Under the pieces are notes generated by a model. The model was not told the origin of the DNA. It was given only the letters and a program-made list of their open reading frames with translations, and made no database searches. Below, in pieces: positions 11,701-23,397 of a DNA stretch of 64,000 nt. Each line of letters starts with the position of its first letter. The first letter of the stretch is position 1. The stretch is from Macrostomum lignano. Its lineage: Eukaryota. The position numbers and the translations under genes are program-made. Location of the stretch: positions 1 to 64,000 of the forward strand of contig NIVC01003609.1 of assembly GCA_002269645.1 (NCBI GenBank), given 5' to 3'.

Positions 11701-13864
11701 TTGTGACACTCAGGGAATTGTGAAACCCAGGTAATTGTGACACTCAGGGAATTGTGACACTCAGGGAATTGTGAAACCCAGGTAATTGTGACACTCAGGG
11801 AATTTTGACACTCAGGGAATTGTGAAACCCAGGTAATTGTGACACTCAGGAATTTTGACACACAGGGAATTGTGAAACCCAGGTAATTGTGACACTCAGG
11901 GAATTTTGACACTCAGGGAATTGTGAAACCCAGGTAATTGTGACACTCAGGAATTTTGACACACAGGGAATTGTGAAACCCAGGTAATTGTGACACTTAG
12001 CATATAGTGACACTCGGCCGGGGAATTCTGACACTCGGGGAATTGTGACACTCAGGGAATTGTGACACTCAGGGAATTGTGACACTCAGGGAATTCTGAC
12101 ACTCAGGGAATTGTGACACTCAGGGAATTGTGACACTCAGGGAATTGTGACACTCAGGGAATTGTGACACTCAGGGAATTGTGACACTCAGGGAATTGTG
12201 ACACTCAGGGAATTGTGACACTCAGGGAATTGTGACACTCAGGGAATTGTGACACTCAGGGAATTGTGACACTCAGGGAATTGTGACACTCAGGGAATTG
12301 TGACACTCAGGGAATTGTGACACTCAGGGAATTGTGACACTCAGGGAATTGTGACACTCAGGGGATTGTGACACTCAGGGGATTGTGACACTCAGGTAAT
12401 TGTGACACTCAGGGAATTGTGACACTCAGGGAATTGTGACACTCAGGGAATTGTGACACTCAGGGAATTGTGACACTCAGGTAATTGTGACACTGGGGGA
12501 ATTTTGACACTCAGGTAATTGTGACACTCAGGTAGTTGTGACACTCAGGGATTGTGACACTCAGGGAATTGTGACACTCAGGGAATTGTGACACTCAGGG
12601 AATTGTGACACTCAGGTAATTGTGACACTCAGGTAATTGTGACACTCAGGGGATTGTGACACTCAGGGAATTGTGACACTCAGGTAATTGTGACACTCAG
12701 GGGATTGTGACACTCAGGGAATTGTGACACTCAGGGAATTGTGACACTCAGGGAATTGTGACACTCAGGGAATTGTGACACTTAGGGATTTGTGACACTC
12801 AGGGAATTGTAACACTCAGGGAATTGTGACACTCAGGGAATTGTGACACTCAGGGAATTGTGACACTCAGGGAATTGTGACACTCAGGTAGTTGTGACAC
12901 TCAGGGATTTGTGACACTCAGGTAATTGTGACACTCAGGGGATTGTGACACTCAGGGAATTGTGACACTCAGGGAATTGTGACACTCAGGGAATTGTGAC
13001 ACTCAGGGAATTGTGACACTCAGGGAATTGTGACACTTAGGGATTTGTGACACTCAGGGAATTGTAACACTCAGGGAATTGTGACACTCAGGGAATTGTG
13101 ACACTCAGGGAATTGTGACACTCAGGGAATTGTGACACTCAGGTAGTTGTGACACTCAGGGATTTGTGACACTCAGGTAATTGTGACACTCAGGGGATTG
13201 TGACACTCAGGGAATTGTGACACTCAGGGAATTGTGACACTTAGGGATTTGTGACACTCAGGGAATTGTAACACTCAGGGAATTGTGACACTCAGGGAAT
13301 TGTGACACTCAGGGAATTGTGACACTCAGGGAATTGTGACACTCAGGGAATTGTGACACTCAGGGAATTGTGACACTCAGGGAATTGTGACACTCAGGGA
13401 TTGTGACACTCAGGGAATTGTGACACTCAGGTAGTTGTGACACTCAGGGAATTGTGACACTCAGGGAATTGTGACACTCAGGTAGTTGTGACACTCAGGG
13501 AATTGTGACACTCAGGGAATTGTGACACTCAGGGAATTGTGACACTCAGGGAATTCTGACACTCAGGGAATTGTGACACTCAGGGAATTGTGACACTCAG
13601 GGAATTGTGACACTCAGGGAATTGTGACACTCAGGGAATTGTGACACTCAGGGAATTGTGACACTCAGGTAGTTGTGACACTCAGGGATTGTTTGACAGA
13701 TCAGAAACGGAGTGAACCCAATGCCACGTTTGTGACAGTTGTTTTCAGTTCTCAGAATAAGCTTAGACGAGGCAAAAGTTAAAGTGTTTTGCAGTTGGCC
13801 AAGATATTCCAATCCTAAATGGCAGCTTACTAAAAGCTGGCAAAATCTTCCAGGCCAAGAGAGG

Positions 13865-13940
<76 letters not shown>

Positions 13941-16900
13941 TCAGCAGACAACAAGTGGAATAATTTCAAGTTTGATCTGTCTACAACAGTTTGCGCAGAA
14001 ATGGTTGCTTTCGCTAACGATCAGAGAAAGAAGATCGGGCATATAGGGCAGCCACTACCATTCTGAGTCCTAGTTCAGTCATGCAGAAGCGTGCCTAGTT
14101 ATATCTAGTAGTTCTCAGGTTGCGCGAACTCAAAACGCCGTGTGTGTGTCCGCGGATTAACTGGCTCTGGGGAAGGGATAGAGAGGGGAGAAGGGATCGT
14201 GGAAGACTTGACCGCTTTAGTAGCATTTTATAGATTCTTCACTAGCTAACTAAAAGTTTGCCTGCAGATTATGCATACATTGTACAATCATAGCAATGAC
14301 ACAATCTAAAAAAGCTATTGACATCATCATTCTTCTGCTGGTCAGTTTCGGTGTCGTATCCAGTCGTAAAATCTTACTCTTCCTAATTATAATAACTGCT
14401 TTTCTGATGCTATTTTTAGAATAAAAAAAACAAAATAAATGCTTCATTGTACTGTATATTGCATACAATAGCGCTTACAGCTTCAAACGTGGTTTGGCTT
14501 ATTGCTGCGTATCTCTGGATCTACCAAACCAATTTGTACTTAAAACCCAACCGTGCCAATTCAATATTGACTCTAGCATTTTTTGTTGAAACAAATGAAT
14601 TGAAAGTTTAAAATTTAAGCTAAGTTTGTAACATAAGATTTTATAGCTTGTATGTAATTTCCCTAATCATCCATTGAACATCTGTGAATCTCACCTTCCA
14701 CTCTCACCTGTGAATCTCACCTTCCACTCTCACCTGTGAATCTCACCTTCCACTCTCACCTGTGAACCTCACCTTTCACTCTCACCTGTCACTCTCACCT
14801 GTAAATCTCACCTTTCACTCTCACATTTGAATCTCATCTGTCACTCACATGTAAATCTAATCTGTCACTCTCACTTGTGAATCTCACCTGCCACTCTCAC
14901 CTGTCACTCGCACCTGTCTCTCTCACCTGTGAATCTCACCTGCCACTCTCACCTGTCACTCGCAACTGTCTCTCTCACCTATGGATCTCACCTGTCACTC
15001 GCAACTGTCTCTCTCACCTGTGGATCTCACCTGTCACTCGCAACTGTCTCTCTCACCTGTGGATCTCACCTGTCACTCGCACCTGTGAATCTCACCTGTG
15101 AATCTTACCTGTCACTCTCCCCCAACAGCAAGGTGATCAACATCGCATCGCCGGACACCATAGACGAACGGGTGCTCAACAAAGGCGAAAAGCTGTCCCT
15201 ATTCAAGCGCAACGAGAACATCACCCTGGCGCTGAACTCTGCTCAGAGCCTTGGCTGCGTTGTGGTTAGCATGGGCGCATCCGAGGTGGTGGCCGGCACC
15301 CAGCACCTCATTCTGGGTCTGCTATGGCAGATCATCAAAGTTGGCCTCCTGGCCGATGTTAATCTAGCGGCCAACAGCGAGCTCAGAGCTCTGTTTGGCA
15401 CATCGGAGGCCAGCATTGAGGACATCCGCTCTCTGGCGCCTGAGCAGCTGCTGATGAAGTGGGTGAACTATCACCTGGAGAGGGCCGGAAGTAAACGGCG
15501 GATTGCCAATTTTAGCGACGACATCAAGGATAGCGAGGCCTACGCCTACCTGCTGCAGCAGATCATTCCGAAGGAGAGCGGGAACGGAATGCATTCGGCC
15601 AGTGTGAGTTGCTGTCCTGTCTGCTTGCTCTGATGGGAGGTTTTCAATTGCTGCCTTCAGTGAGCAGTTTTTGACGTTTAGAAACACCGAAACCTTAGTT
15701 GCTGGGCCTCGCAGATCCTCAGTTGCTGGGCCAGCCTCCCAGATCCTCAGTTGCTGGGCCAGCCTACCAGATCCTCAGTTGCTGGGCCAGCCTCCCAGAT
15801 CCTCAGTTGCTGGGCCAGCCTCCAAGATCCTCAGTTGCTGGGCCAGCCTCCCAGATCCTCAGTTGCTGGGCCAGCCTACCAGATCCTCAGTTGCTGGGCC
15901 AGCCTCCCAGACCCTCAGTTGCTGGGCCAGCCTCCCAGATCCTCAGTTGCTGGTCCAGCCTCCCAGATCCTCAGTTGCTGGGCCAGCCTCCCAGATCCTC
16001 AGTTGCTGGGCCAGCCTCCCAGATCCTCAGTTGCTGGGCCAGCCTCCTAGATCCTGAGTTGCTGGGCCAGCCTCCCAGATCCTCAGTTGCTGGGTCAGCC
16101 TCCCAGATCCTGAGTTGCTGGGCCAGCCTCCTAGATCCTGAGTTGCTGGGCCAGCCTCCCAGATCCTCAGTTGCTGGCCAGCCTCCCAGATCCTCAGTTG
16201 CTGGGCCAGCCTCCCAGATCCTCAGTTGCTGGGCCTCCCAGATCCTCAGTTGCTGGCCAGCCTCCCAGATCCTCAGTTGCTGGGCCAGCCTCCCAGATCC
16301 TCAGTTGCTGGGCCAGCCTCCCAGATCCTCAGTTGCTGGGCCAGCCTCCCAGATCCTCAGTTGCTGGGGCAGCCTCCCAGATCCTCTGTTGCTGGGGCAG
16401 CCTCCCAGATCCTCTGTTGCTGGGCCAGCCTACCAGATCCTCAGTTGCTGGCCAGCCTCCCAGATCCTCAGTTGCTGGGTCAGCCTACTTTTTTCTTTTC
16501 TGTTAAACGTAACACATCTCTGAGAAACTAATTCTCGGTCATAATTATTCTTCCTGTATTTTTCAAGGTTTTTTCTGAATCAAACTACAATCAGTAGTGC
16601 AAATTGAACACGAAAAGTAATACATACAATCGCGCCAATCTGCAGGATATTTTGCAACAACGCGAGCACCAAACCCGAGCGGAGCTGGTGCTGCAAAACG
16701 CCGAATTAGTCGACGCCAGAGTTTTTGTCCAACCATCGGACATTGTGGCCGGAAATTCCAATCTCAACTTGGCTTTCGTTGCCAATTTGTTTCACAAGTT
16801 CCCCTCCCTGCCGGAACCCGGCGAGGACGGCGCCGAGGATGGCGCCGGTAGAGTTGGCGCCGGTGGAGTTGGCGCCGGACCGATCAGCGCCGACGAAAAT

Positions 16901-19560
16901 CACGCTGGATTTGGCGCGGACGCGTTCTTAATTGACGAGACCAGAGAGGAGAAAACTTACCGGAATTGGATGAACTCGATGGGGGTGGCACCTCGGGTCA
17001 ACTACCTGTACACGGACCTGCGGTCCGGCCTGACCCTGTTCCACCTGTACGACCTGATCCGGCCTGGCATTGTGCGCTGGCCGCGGGTGCACAAAACTTT
17101 TCACAGAATGCGAGAGAACTTTGAAAGGTGAGATTTTTCACCTATAGGGCTGAGATTTTGAAGCTATAGGGGTGAGATTTTGAACCTTTAGAGGGTGAGA
17201 TTTTGAAGCTATAGGGGTGAGATTTTGAAGCTATAGGGGTGAGATTTTGAAGCTATAGGGGTGAGATTTTGAAGCTATAGGGGTGAGATTTTGAAGCTAT
17301 AGGGGTGAGATTTTTATCCTTTAAGGGTGCGATTTTCAGCCTTGAGAGGTGAGATTTCGAAACTATAGGGGTGAGATTTAGCCTTGAGGGGTGAGATTTA
17401 GCCTTGAGGGGTGAGATTTTAAAACTATGGTGTGATATTTCGAACCTATACATGTAGGATAGAATTTTAACCTATAGATTTTCAACCTATGGAAGTGAAA
17501 TTTTGAACGTTTAGCGAGTGAGATTTTGAACGTTTAGCGAGTGAGATTTTGAACGTTTAGCGAGTGAGATTTTGAACGTTTAGCGAGTGAGATTTTGAAC
17601 CTCTAGGGGTGAGATTTTAAACCTATAGGGGTGAGATTTTGGAGAAGCACATTTTGAAGATATCGAGTTGAGCTGTTGCAGCTCTAGTATTGAGATTTTA
17701 TGGCTATGGGAATAAGATTTTAAAGTTAATGGATGATAAGATTTTGAACCTGTCATCATCGTCATCACAAATGACGCACCCATCAGGCTAGAGAACTGCA
17801 ATTACGCCGTGGAACTCGGCCGTCAAGTGGGTTTCAGCCTCGTGGGCATCGGAGGCGAAGACCTGCTAGAAGGCAACGTGACCCTCACCCTGGCCCTGGT
17901 GTGGCAGCTCATGCGAGCGTACACCCTGGCCATCCTATCTAAGCTGGCTGGCAGCGCTGCAGCTGGCAAACGCATTGACGAGCGCGCCATCATAGCCTGG
18001 GCCAACCAGCGTCTGGAGCGGGGCGGCAAGTCCGGTCGGCTATCATCGTTCCAGGATCTGGCCATTGCTGATGCTCGGCTGGTGCTGGACCTGATCGACT
18101 GCCTGAGGCCCGGATCTGTTAACTATGCCAACGTGTTGGAGGGCACCACCGAGGCTGTGAGCTTGGCTTCTAGCTCTAGTGTTTATCGTAGCTTATTTAT
18201 AGAATCTAGCTGATAGGATCTAGCTGATAGAATCTAGCTGATAAAATCTAGCTGATAGAATCTAGCTGATAGAATCTAGCTGATAGAATCTAGCTGATAA
18301 AATCTAGCTGATAGAATCTAGCTGATAGAATCTAGCTGATAGAATCTAGCTGATAGAATCTAGCTGATAGAATCTAGCTGATAGAATCTAGCTGATAGAA
18401 TCTAGCTGATAGAATCTAGCTGATAGAATCTAGCTGATAGAATCTAGCTGATAGAATCTAGCTGATAAAATCTAGCTGATAGAATCTAGCTGATAGAATC
18501 TAGCTGATAGAATCTAGCTGATAGAATCTAGCTGATAAAATCTAGCTGATAAAATCTAGCTGATAGAATCTAGCTGATAGAATCTAGCTGATAGAATCTA
18601 GCTGATAAAATCTAGCTGATAGAATCTAGCTGATAAAATCTAGCTGATAAAATCTAGCTGATAGAATCTAGCTGATAAAATCTAGCTGATAGAATCTAGC
18701 TGATAAAATCTAGCTGATAGAATCTAGCTGATAGAATCTAGCTGATAGAATCTAGCTGATAGAATCTAGCTGATAAAATCTAGCTGATAGAATCTAGCTG
18801 ATAAAATCTAGCTGATAAAATCTAGCTGATAGAATCTAGCTGATAGAATCTAGCTGATAAAATCTAACTGATAGAATCTAGCTGATAGAATCTAGCTGAT
18901 AGAATCTAGCTGATAAAATCTAGCTGATAGAATCTAGCTGATAGAATCTAGCTGATAGAATCTAGCTGATAGAATCTAGCTGATAAAATCTAGCTGATAG
19001 AATCTAGCTGATAGAATCTAGCTGATAGAATCTAGCTGATAAAATCTAGCTGATAAAATCTAGCTGATAAAATCTAGCTGATAAAATCTAGCTGATAGAA
19101 TCTAGCTGATAGAATCTAGCTGATAGAATCTAGCTGATAAAATCTAGCTGATAGAATCTAGCTGATAAAATCTAGCTGATAGAATCTAGCTGATAGAATC
19201 TATTCACAAAGTCTAGCCATAAATCTAGCCACAAAGTCTAGCCATAAATCTAGCCATAAAATCTAGCCATAAATCTAGCCATAAATCTAGCGGCCCCAAC
19301 CCTCTCCCCTGAAGGAACGGCTGCAAAATGCCAAACTGGCCATCAACCTTGGCTGGCGTGCTGGTGCAAAGATCTACGCCCTGCCAGAGGACATTGTGGA
19401 GGTCAAACCAAAGATGGTCATGACAATATTCGCCTGCCTGATGCAGCTGGACTTTGAGTCACCTGCCACTGTTAAATTGGCCGCCAGTCCGGTCTCCACT
19501 ACTTCGAATTCTTCAGCTGGAGGCGACTCGCTAGGCTCGGGATCCGCATCCCAGCAGTGA
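5718..19560 (+). CDS. PLS3: Plastin/fimbrin (2 EF-hands + 4 calponin-homology domains), about 684 aa; exons 5718-5783, 8447-8861, 15129-15603, 16646-17127, 17787-18156, 19315-19560
   Basis: Hallmark motifs [86 protein letters not shown]. All introns are GT-AG with matching phases. Exons sum to 2054 nt, so one base is missing, at about 8525. The symbol is a family-level assignment. Confidence 0.95.
6258..6666. mobile_element. hAT-like MITE (409 bp) carrying an internal 21-22-bp minisatellite
   Basis: Left end CAGGGGCGTCGCCA, degenerate right end tggcgatgtgccca, exact 8-bp TSD atcctgtg (6250-6257, 6667-6674). Internal repeat gcgctaaaatgagtgcctgcg at about 6412-6572. Confidence 0.65.
7780..8300. 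repeat. About 22-bp minisatellite (cagacagtgagaaagagagagt), plastin intron 1
   Basis: Direct tandem periodicity. Confidence 0.9.
8447..8861 (+). CDS. PLS3: Plastin exon 2 (EF-hands, start of CH1), contains a 1-bp frameshift
   Basis: cgcag acceptor; [14 protein letters not shown]...; frame switch at 8525-8526; gtgagc donor at 8862. Confidence 0.9.
8922..9178. mobile_element. MITE of the CATACATGCGCAAC-TIR family, plastin intron 2
   Basis: caaacatgcgcaacc ... ggttgcacatgtata; flanks atctgcat / acatgcat (6/8). The first about 65 bp match 63936-64000. Confidence 0.55.
9372..9672. repeat. GA-rich low-complexity repeat
   Basis: ggagagaggaga-type units. Confidence 0.85.
10450..13690. repeat. 17-bp minisatellite (tcagggaattgtgacac), about 3.2 kb, with an about 0.8-kb higher-order duplication
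   Basis: Period 17. Marker gcaaatagtg at 10581, 10817, 11221 recurs at 11411, 11646, 12000. Confidence 0.95.
13867..13937. repeat. (AG)n microsatellite
   Basis: Perfect dinucleotide run. Confidence 0.95.
14680..15118. repeat. 13-bp minisatellite with ctcacctg core abutting the plastin exon 3 acceptor
   Basis: Units ctcacctgtgaat / ctcacctgtcact. Confidence 0.9.
15129..15603 (+). CDS. PLS3: Plastin exon 3 (CH1-CH2)
   Basis: caacag acceptor; [14 protein letters not shown]...HSAS; gtgagt donor at 15604. Confidence 0.93.
15697..16490. repeat. 28-bp minisatellite (gttgctgggccagcctcccagatcctca), plastin intron 3
   Basis: Period 28; the same unit recurs at 55360-55515. Confidence 0.95.
16646..17127 (+). 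CDS. PLS3: Plastin exon 4 (CH2, linker, CH3 start)
   Basis: ctgcag acceptor; DILQQ...RENFE; gtgaga donor at 17128. Confidence 0.93.
17128..17645. repeat. 22-23-bp minisatellite (gtgagattttgaagctataggg) starting at the exon 4 donor
   Basis: The first partial unit is the splice donor itself. Confidence 0.9.
17787..18156 (+). CDS. PLS3: Plastin exon 5 (CH3-CH4)
   Basis: catcag acceptor; [11 protein letters not shown]...GTTEA; gtgagc donor at 18157. Confidence 0.93.
18195..19290. repeat. 14-bp minisatellite (tagctgatagaatc), plastin intron 5
   Basis: Period 14 with a G/A variant position. Confidence 0.95.
19315..19560 (+). CDS. PLS3: Plastin exon 6 (end of CH4, Ser-rich tail, TGA)
   Basis: gaag acceptor; [26 protein letters not shown]...SQQ*. 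Not listed in the ORF track. Confidence 0.92.
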   Translation, partial: ERLQNAKLAINLGWRAGAKIYALPEDIVEVKPKMVMTIFACLMQLDFESPATVKLAASPVSTTSNSSAGGDSLGSGSASQQ

Positions 19561-19721
19561 GCAATCATCTATGATATCAAATCTGTATTATGCGCCCGCG
19601 ATCGTTACTGCTTATTCTTAAATGACGATGGTTCGAGCAAATCCATGAAATGATGACAACTTTATTTGGCTAATCTTACTCTGGGTTTACTTTTTTGGTT
19701 TGGTCTGCTTAATGACTAATA

Positions 19722-20306
19722 CAAAGACCACTGTAGTACAAAATTACGTAAAACTCAAAGATCGAGTAATTTTTTAGGGGGCCAATTTCCACTAAGTACT
19801 TAAGTAAAAAAGACTGGGTCAATAACAATATGCAAAAAGGATATTGTTAAACAGTGTCTACATTTAGTTATTTCAACGCAGGTCTAGGAATAGTTACTGA
19901 AGTATATTGGACTAGCACATCAAGCCCCCCATGGGGGGCATCATTTTCTAATTCAAGTCAGAATGGCTCGCAATCAAAGTGACCATCGAGAGCCCATTAG
20001 TATATTAGTATTAGGATAACAGCGCAAAATTAGTATATAGACTAGCAATCACCGCCCCCCCCCCGTTGGAGAGCCAACAAAGAATGTAAATTAGGAAAAC
20101 AATATAAAAATGAAATTTCACTGCACAACTATATAAAATACAACATAATAACATGCTGTGCAACGTTAAATTAAAATAATGGTGATCTTCACTGCCGAAG
20201 ATCAAATTCAATAAATAATTTTTTCAATCGCCACAGTGATTTTTTCCTGAAAAATTACACGATCTTTGAGTTTTACGTCAAGTTATACTACCTACAGCGG
20301 TCCTTG
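19722..20306. mobile_element. MITE with about 60-bp imperfect TIRs starting CAA(A/G)GACCACTGTAG
   Basis: 19722-19786 is the reverse complement of about 20248-20306 (shared core acgtaaaactcaaagatcg); flanks gactaata / gtcaaata (6/8). Confidence 0.55.
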
Positions 20307-20939
20307 GTCAAATATTTAAATTATTTTAAATCTCCAGTGTAAACAGGCCAGTTGCTATATGCTTGGCTTTAAACAGACGAGTCGAATTACATGTTGAAAT
20401 TCTGTTTTATTTTACTTTTTTGAAATATTGTCGCTCTTTGTCTTGTATAGTTTTATGTTGCATTGATGAATAATAGCCATTGCAACTCTTTTATACATGT
20501 AGTTCAAAATTTTAATGAGCGATAAAAAGTGTGCTCAACTTGTCTGCTTCATCCGATATTGTGTTACTTTTAAAAATGCTTTCTTTTAAGATTCGTAGTC
20601 TGTATTAAATATATTTTTATTTAGACGACATAATTATAATCTTTAATAGATAAATGTTAACTTTTTTATTTAGCCTTCCTTCAAAAAATCTACTAACGTT
20701 GAATTATTTTGTGTCTTCCCGTTTAAGACATTTCCTTGTAATCTGTTGTTGTATCTATCGATTTTATGTCCTTTTGGGGCGATGTTTTCAGCTTGATAAA
20801 TCCTGGCCACAGACACAGACACAGTTAAGACAGCTGTGTCTTCTTTTTCTTGCTATTTAAATACGAGCTACTATGGATAATATCGAAAAAAATTGTAGAA
20901 TATTTGATTCGCCCAACTTCACTCCCTGTGTAAACTCGC

Positions 20940-21235
20940 TTCAAGCCAACCTCAATCCCAGTGTACACTAGCTCCCAGCCAACCTCAATCCCAGTGTACA
21001 CTCGCTCCCAGCCAACCTCAGTCCCAGTGTACACTAGCTCCCAGCCAACCTCAATCCCAGTGTACACTCGCTCCCAGCCAACCTCAATCCCAGTGTACAC
21101 TAGCTTCCAGTAACCTCAATCCCAGTGTACACTCGCTCCCAGCCAACCTCAATCCCAGTGTACACTCGCTCCCAGCCAACCTCAATCCCAGTGTACACTA
21201 GCTCCCAGCCAACCTCAACCCCACTGTACACCGCC
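20940..21235. repeat. 33-bp minisatellite (agctcccagccaacctcaatcccagtgtacact)
   Basis: About 8-9 copies. Confidence 0.9.
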
Positions 21236-22189
21236 AGTATACACGTATTATAATTTTAAAACTGAACTATTAAAATAATGTTTCTGTTACATACATCTGT
21301 TACAGACAGACAGACATTTAAATTACACTGCGTGACATAATCTGAAATATTTCCTACTTAATTGGTTGTACTTTAGTACATGTACTATGTGTTTTCATCT
21401 TGCCACTATCATCTCCCCAGTCTGATAAGTACATTTGAGTCGCTCTCTCGATATTAAACGAGCTATCAATAAACTCGCTGTGCGAAAATGATACGAGCTA
21501 AAATTACGTGCATTCCTTCGTCTATCTACTCTATTTTACTTGTAAGTAGCAATGCGAAAATTTAGCCAATAAATTTGCTTTTTTGATACTTTTTAACAAT
21601 AAAATCGTGTTTCGATTGGAGTCTTTAAATATTTTTCTAGGAGAATCGATCAGGCAAAATGTTGTCTATATTAGTCGTCTATTAATATTTTAAACGGTTT
21701 CTGCAGTTCAATTCATGACTATATCAATGTATTGTGTGTTTTTTCGCCAGGTATTTTATCTCATTAATATATTGCTCATATTTTGCGTACACTATAACTT
21801 TTGTTGCAGAACTTAAACACGCGTTGCACTTTAAGTGTTTAAGTACGTTTTAAAGTACAAATCGATCTAAAAAATACAGTGTAAATTTCAGCTTTGTACG
21901 AGCTATCCAGATATTGAATTTGTGATTAATTAATTAATAAGTCAGGTGATCAATAATGTTCTTGATTGTTATTCACTATGCTAGGGGTTGTACGATAGTA
22001 TGATAAGGATGATGCTGAGGATGATTATGATCATGGTGATACAATGATGGTGGTTGTTATGATGGTAGCGATTTTTAGTAATTCCCCTACCATAGACAAC
22101 AAAATGTTCATTTGTTATCTGTGTATTTTAAAGTCAGAACTACGCTTGTATAGCGCGCAGCCAATAACGATTCTCGTAACATGGCATGA

Positions 22190-22700
<511 letters not shown>

Positions 22701-23206
22701 ATAACTGTCCATTCGTTTTAGGATTGAACGTTCGGTGGCGGCGAGCAAGCCACGTGTCTGAACCGGCCAGCGAGATCGTAGAAGAGAGAGTCAGGGGCTG
22801 TCTGATGGAATAGGGAGAGAGCAGTGGGCGGGGAAGCCGCGTGCCCGCTCAGCCGGAACGGGATAGCATATTTTGTACGCATCCGAATGAAAGCAGCATC
22901 GAGCCAGCTTCAACTGTCCGTTTCTCTTCCCTGCAGCGCACTCGCTCGATCCCCGGTCCCTCTGACTTCCGTCCCCCTTTGCCACGCAGACCCCTGGCCG
23001 CCTCGGCCTGAAGGGGTATCGATGGCGTTTGACGCCCGCGCTTAGCGGTCATATAACGGAACGGGATGGCTTAGGCAGATCGCTTGCACACGAACCCACT
23101 GACAAAGTGCTGAGGAGGGAATAACTTTGGATTAATCGCAGTCTCATACAGAACTTTCTTTAGACTCTGCGCCGTCGTACAACGAAAAAGTATCATCGAG
23201 AAAAAG

Positions 23207-23394
23207 GTGAGGCCTTAAAGAAGATTGCTTCCTCTCTGATCACTCACTCACTCACTCACTCACTCACTCTTGCTCACTCACTCACTCACTCACTCACTCA
23301 CTCACTCACTCACTCACTCACTCACTCACTCACTCACTCACTCACTCACTCACTCACTCACTCACTCTCCTGCTCACTCACTCACTCACTCCAG
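23207..23394 (+). other. Putative 5'-UTR intron of the USP gene, mostly (CTCA)n
   Basis: aag|gtgagg donor at 23207; (ctca)n at about 23240-23390; ccag acceptor 3 nt before the ATG. Confidence 0.55.
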
Positions 23395-23397
23395 GCT

